NCBI RefSeq assembly: GCF_001194135.2
Contig: NC_068987.1
Span: 86,577,466-86,616,298, forward strand
Origin: Octopus bimaculoides
Taxonomy: Eukaryota
DNA: 38,833 nt
Reading direction: 5' to 3'
Shown one piece after another: positions 34,401 to 38,833 of this stretch. Position 1 is the first letter of the stretch; each line of letters opens with the position of its first letter. Below the pieces are notes generated by a model. It was not told the origin of the DNA. It did not search any database and worked only from the letters and a program-made list of their open reading frames with translations. The translations under genes and the position numbers were made by a program.

Positions 34401-34556
34401 ACAACACACAACTGCATTAGATCTTTAAAGTAAAACACGTTGCATCCACTCAGGAAATAATTATAACGCTGACTCATTTAACGTAGTTGAGTTCCACACA
34501 TGTTGCTTTGAGTGTGGTTTCATTGCGGTTATTTTGTAGTAATAATAATTATTGTA

Positions 34557-34765
34557 AAGGTGGTGAGCTGACAGAATCGTTAACACGCAAGACAAAATGC
34601 TCAGCGATATTTTCTTCCGGTGTAAGTTCTGAGTTTAAATATGACGAAGGTCGAACTTGCATTTCCTCCTTTATGGAGTCGATAAAATTATTACCAGTTG
34701 AGTCTAGGGGTCTATGTAATCGACTTCCCCTACCTTCAAAATCCCTGGTATAGAGCCAAAATTAT
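34557..34765 (+). mobile_element. SINE family A, old diverged copy
   Basis: AGGTGGTGAGCTGACAGAATCGTTAACACG...GTCGAACTTGC...GTCGATAAA...TACCAGTT...TAATCGAC. Confidence 0.75.
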
Positions 34766-35544
34766 AAAGTATCATGCCTTAATAATATTACAACTGAGCG
34801 GCCCATTTTAAATACATATACGTATATAGTTATAGACAGTGGCTACAATATTGGCGGCGTTCAGAAACAGTTGTGTGATTTACGGTGAGGGTTTCCTTCA
34901 AGACTGACACCCATAGAATTACACAGCCAGTAGATATTCCAGGCTCACCAGAAAAAAAAAGACTATATTCAGTCACTCAAAATACTGAAATTAGCAATGA
35001 AATCTCCATCAAACCACACTTTAAATATTTAAAAAATGAAATGTGATTAAATGTTTGGACATGCAAAAAACTTTCAGCTTTAAAGGTGTGGTCAAGCTGG
35101 AGCTTGAATTTGTTGTATATCAATAAAAACCAACCCTGTTTCCATTTCCTTAAAATTTCATTATTGTGTCTAAGGTTATAATTAATTACTGGGAAGTCTC
35201 GAGTGTTTGCTGGAAGGCCATTGAGGGTTCAATCCACAGAATAGTTTATTGCTATTTTCATTGACCATATATCGGTGACAAGCGAATTCGACAGAAACAG
35301 GATATTTAAGCACTTGTTAAAACTTTAATATTTAAATGGAAAAAAAAATAACTGGATTTTTTTTTCTATTTAAATTTCATTTCTTGTTTTATAAGATGAT
35401 ATTATATCAATTCTTATTCAAATTATCAATCAAAAACCAATGCCAACGTTAGCCCAATTTCTGGTTCACACCCATAGAACTTTGAAGTGATTTTAATTTT
35501 AATCTTAAAATTATCATTTAGAACGGTTATTTCATTTCCGAGTG

Positions 35545-35835
35545 AAATGTGAATATGAAGAGGTTCTTGAGTAAATAATGTTAAAATGATTTTACCAATT
35601 ATTACAACAATTAATTCTTATGCTATAAAACTTATATGAAAATAAAGGTTATGACGCAATGAATATTTTAACATAAAGTCTATACCAGTTTAACCATGTT
35701 TAACAAAGTTAATTGAAATTAAAGAATTGAAAAAATCGATATTCCTATTTCTAATGCGCGGTGAGGTTACAGAACTTTATTCAAAGCTTATTTGAACACA
35801 ACACATTGTGTTGGGCCAAGCACGTTTAGTACTAG
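35545..35835 (+). repeat. ~290-bp dispersed repeat, copy 1 (possibly non-autonomous Helitron-like)
   Basis: Aligns to 36821-37103; ends with hairpin CAACACA-T-TGTGTTG (35799-35813) then CTAG (35832-35835). Confidence 0.6.
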
Positions 35836-36309
35836 ACCAATGCATTCTTTTAACTTTAATATACATATGTTACAAATATATATATACATTACGTAGTACA
35901 TAAAATATTTCTGATTAATTAATCCCAGACCTCTCCTGAACTAGCAGACCAAGATGTTTCAGCTTGACCGACCATTCGGTATTTCTAATACCGTACGTCT
36001 AGAAGTACAGCATCAAATGCGTCTTTTTTAAGAGAGAGTAAGAAATGATTTGGGCGCAATCTGACCGCTATTTCTAAAAGGTCGAGTGACCTCGTTGTCT
36101 CAAATAATAGCGCCTGTACCTCCCTCTGTTCACACTATTCAAGGTTCCCGTGTGCCCAGTGAAATGGAATAAAAGTACTAATTTAATGAATTAATGAGAA
36201 TTCTGACATGGTGTTAATTAAACTTGACCTGAGGATTATCACCGGAAAGAAGAGACAAGACATAACCAGAAAGAGGACATGATTCGGTGGATGGTTTAAC
36301 TTGTCGAAT

Positions 36310-36820
36310 GTTATAAGGTAGAGACGAATAAGCAGAGTAGACAGGAGAGTAACGGTAGTGATGTATGTTCGGGAGGTAGAGGAGGAAGAGTAAGAGAGAA
36401 AGAGAGGAAATTACAACAGTAGGAGGAGGAAGACTGTAAGTGGAAAACGCAAACGATAAGACAGGGAAAAAAGAAAGACGGAGATAGAGATATACAGACA
36501 GACATACAGGCAGAAAGGTAGATATATATATAGAGAAGGGCTCATATATAGACAGGAGGATTGATAGAGGATTGACAGAAAGGGCGGGAGAGTAAGTTGA
36601 AGAGAGAGTAAAGATAGAAAGAGGAAGAGTAAGAGAGAGAAAAGCAAACAGCAGAGACGGAGGAAAGACAGAGTGAGACCGACAGATAGAAAGATAGATA
36701 TATAAAGAGGGGATAACTGATAGAAAGGGGAGGAGAATAAGTAGGAGAGAGATAGTAAACAAAGATTTAAAATAAAGCGAGTGGGAGAGGATAAATAATA
36801 GTAGAATAAAGAGCCAAACA
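36310..36820. repeat. degenerate purine-rich (GA-type) low-complexity tract
   Basis: Plus strand almost entirely A/G; source of the L/S/F-rich minus ORFs. Confidence 0.85.
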
Positions 36821-37113
36821 AAATATGAATATGAAGAGGTTCTCGAGTAAATAACGTCAAAAATATTTTATTATAATATTAATTACTAATTATTATGCTA
36901 TAAAACTTATATATGAAAAAATCATATATGAAATTATAATACAATGACTATTTTAACAAAGTATATGCAAATTAAACCAAGTTTAAGAAATATAATGAAG
37001 GTTAAAAATCGCAAAAAATCGATATTACTAATGCGCGGCGCGGTTACAAAATCATAGTCAAGGCTTGTTTGAGCTGGAGCCAACATGTTGTTGGGTCAAG
37101 CACGTGCTTGACC
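36821..37113 (+). repeat. ~290-bp dispersed repeat, copy 2, ending in a perfect 20-bp palindrome
   Basis: AATATGAAGAGGTTCTCGAGTAAATAA...AAAATCGATATT..TAATGCGCGG..GGTTACA...GGTCAAGCACGTGCTTGACC. Confidence 0.6.
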
Positions 37114-37199
37114 ATTTGCGAATATAATGAAAAGCAGAAATGGGATTGTCTGTATACAAATACAGAAGTCTTCAAATAATGACCAAATCTCACCAGGGA

Positions 37200-38050
37200 A
37201 ATACCAGATCACACTAAAAAAAATAACTTACTGACGAATATTGTCTTTTATGCAATCTGCATTTGAAAAGAGGCGGTACTCAAAGATTAAAATATATTTG
37301 GTCATAGGTTTATGTGATCAAATGGGACAGTCGAAAACTGACCGAAAAATTTGCTAAGAACAATACAGAGTACATTAAGAAATAATTTCTGGAGATCTTA
37401 TTTTGAATTTCTCTTGAATCATCTGGCCTTTATACTGCTGTTCAATTATACTGCTTGAAATGTTAACGGATGTGGATATTAGGGATTGCCGTGAGGAAAT
37501 TGCATTCAAGGATTAGCATTTGACTGATTAAATTAGCACCGATTTATAAAAATATATAGGATTTAAGGTTACAGAAATGCAGTAACGTGCAATAAATTTC
37601 ACATGCACTAATTTTGTTTAACAGTTATAATGATATCTGCATAACCACAGCTAATGTGGTAATCTCGTCTGCATACACCTCATCCATCACGCCATTTTTG
37701 TTTTTGCAGCAAATATTGCTAATGTTCTTTTTTTCGCCTGGTACCCCAGTGTACGATCTTAACTTCCTTTCCAATGTCATACTTTTTACATCGTCTTAAG
37801 TCATTACTTTTTGTTTGACTGTTCGTCACACCTGAAAATATGACTATTGCATTTACAGGATAATTATAACACGCTTCACCTTGTTTTTATCTAATCTCTG
37901 CACATGAAATATACGGCTAGCATTGTAAACGGGAAACGGATGGTGAAAATAGTCAATCGTTTTCTGTTCCTTTATTACTTGCCCGTACACAAAATTTGCG
38001 TTTATTACATCTAAATGACGAGAGAAATTTACAAGAGAACACAAGTTTTA
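37200..38050 (-). pseudogene. putative decayed LRR segment
   Basis: FHVQRLDKNKVKRV, NLKSYIFL*IGANLIS (37523-37570) and LILECNFLTAIP (37481-37516, exact LxLxxNxLxxIP). Confidence 0.45.
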
Positions 38051-38833
38051 AGTTACATAACAGTATAATAAAAATCCAATTCCTCCCACTTTATCTTCAT
38101 TAATTAAATACCAGATTTATTTAACACTTCCTTCGAAATGAGATATATATTGCATCGCAAAAAACAATGATTCTTACAAGAGGTTCCGTAGAGTAGGTGA
38201 AATTTCTCAACCGACAAACATGTTTGTCTTCATGTAAAGATAATAGAAGTAAATACGACTTATATTACTTGGTATAATGAACTAGAAACTAACTATTGTA
38301 TACAAGATAAGTTTTAAAGCAAAGTTCCGTGCCGATAGTAAGAGTGACACCAATTATTTTTGTACTACAAAGAAAGTAAAAAATGTAATAGATTATTTCC
38401 TCGCCGTCTATATGCTTGGTCATAAAATAGATTAATGTGTATTTTCAAAGTACCCGGTTTCAGCCATTGATATATTCATTTTAGGAACAAAATAGTCAGC
38501 TGGACATAGACAATTAGAGTAACATTTCTAGATGTTTCTAGACGTTTCTAACATCATAAACTAACGGCATTAACTATACTCATTATACACATGAGAATTA
38601 AGAAGGTGGTAAAAGCGAATTTAATATCAATCTCGTAAATACTTGTTCGAAATCTTCACTTTTGGCCTTCAGGCAGCTACTAATTGCAGGCTGTATTGTC
38701 AATAAATAAATCTATATCAAGTTGAAACATGTCATCAAATTGTGAGGAACAAATTTGTTAAGAACAATAGTTGTCTATCGTTGTCTATATATGTTCTTAA
38801 TAGGTGTCTGTATACCCTAAATATATATATATA

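Noticed and set aside
36214-36860. Hydrophobic L/S/F-rich minus ORFs of 182 and 149 aa (also 3595-3840 and 11465-11647) resembling membrane proteins
   Set aside because: They are the reverse complement of purine-rich low-complexity tracts.

Overview
AT-rich, microsatellite-dense animal genomic DNA with nine N-gaps (1032-1135, 1718-2142, 4600-5338, 16044-16489, 19602-20085, 25618-25739, 26405-26529, 28331-28759, 31513-31993), most flanked by simple repeats. Its two tRNA-derived SINE families look like the octopus families (OR1/OR2/OK type), so the source is probably an octopod. That is inferred from recall, not a database hit. No intact protein-coding gene is supportable. Well-supported content: 12 SINE copies or fragments, two mariner remnants (one folded back on itself), a maT/DD37D-like Tc1-mariner fragment, a CR1/L2-type LINE endonuclease fragment, and several Penelope-like element (PLE) pieces (RT thumb and two GIY-YIG 3' ends in inverted orientation). 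Less obvious signals: (1) much of the non-repeat sequence translates, on the minus strand, into frameshifted and stop-riddled leucine-rich repeats, cysteine-cap motifs, TM-like segments and two TIR-like motifs, suggesting a decayed cluster of Toll-like/LRR receptor genes; (2) hammerhead-ribozyme cores in PLE tails, one with a long stem II insertion; (3) a 554-bp unit bounded by about 68-bp direct repeats with TATA+Inr, a 60-bp tandem repeat and two hammerhead-core-like motifs. All protein and RNA calls are by-eye motif reading and need HMM/Infernal confirmation.
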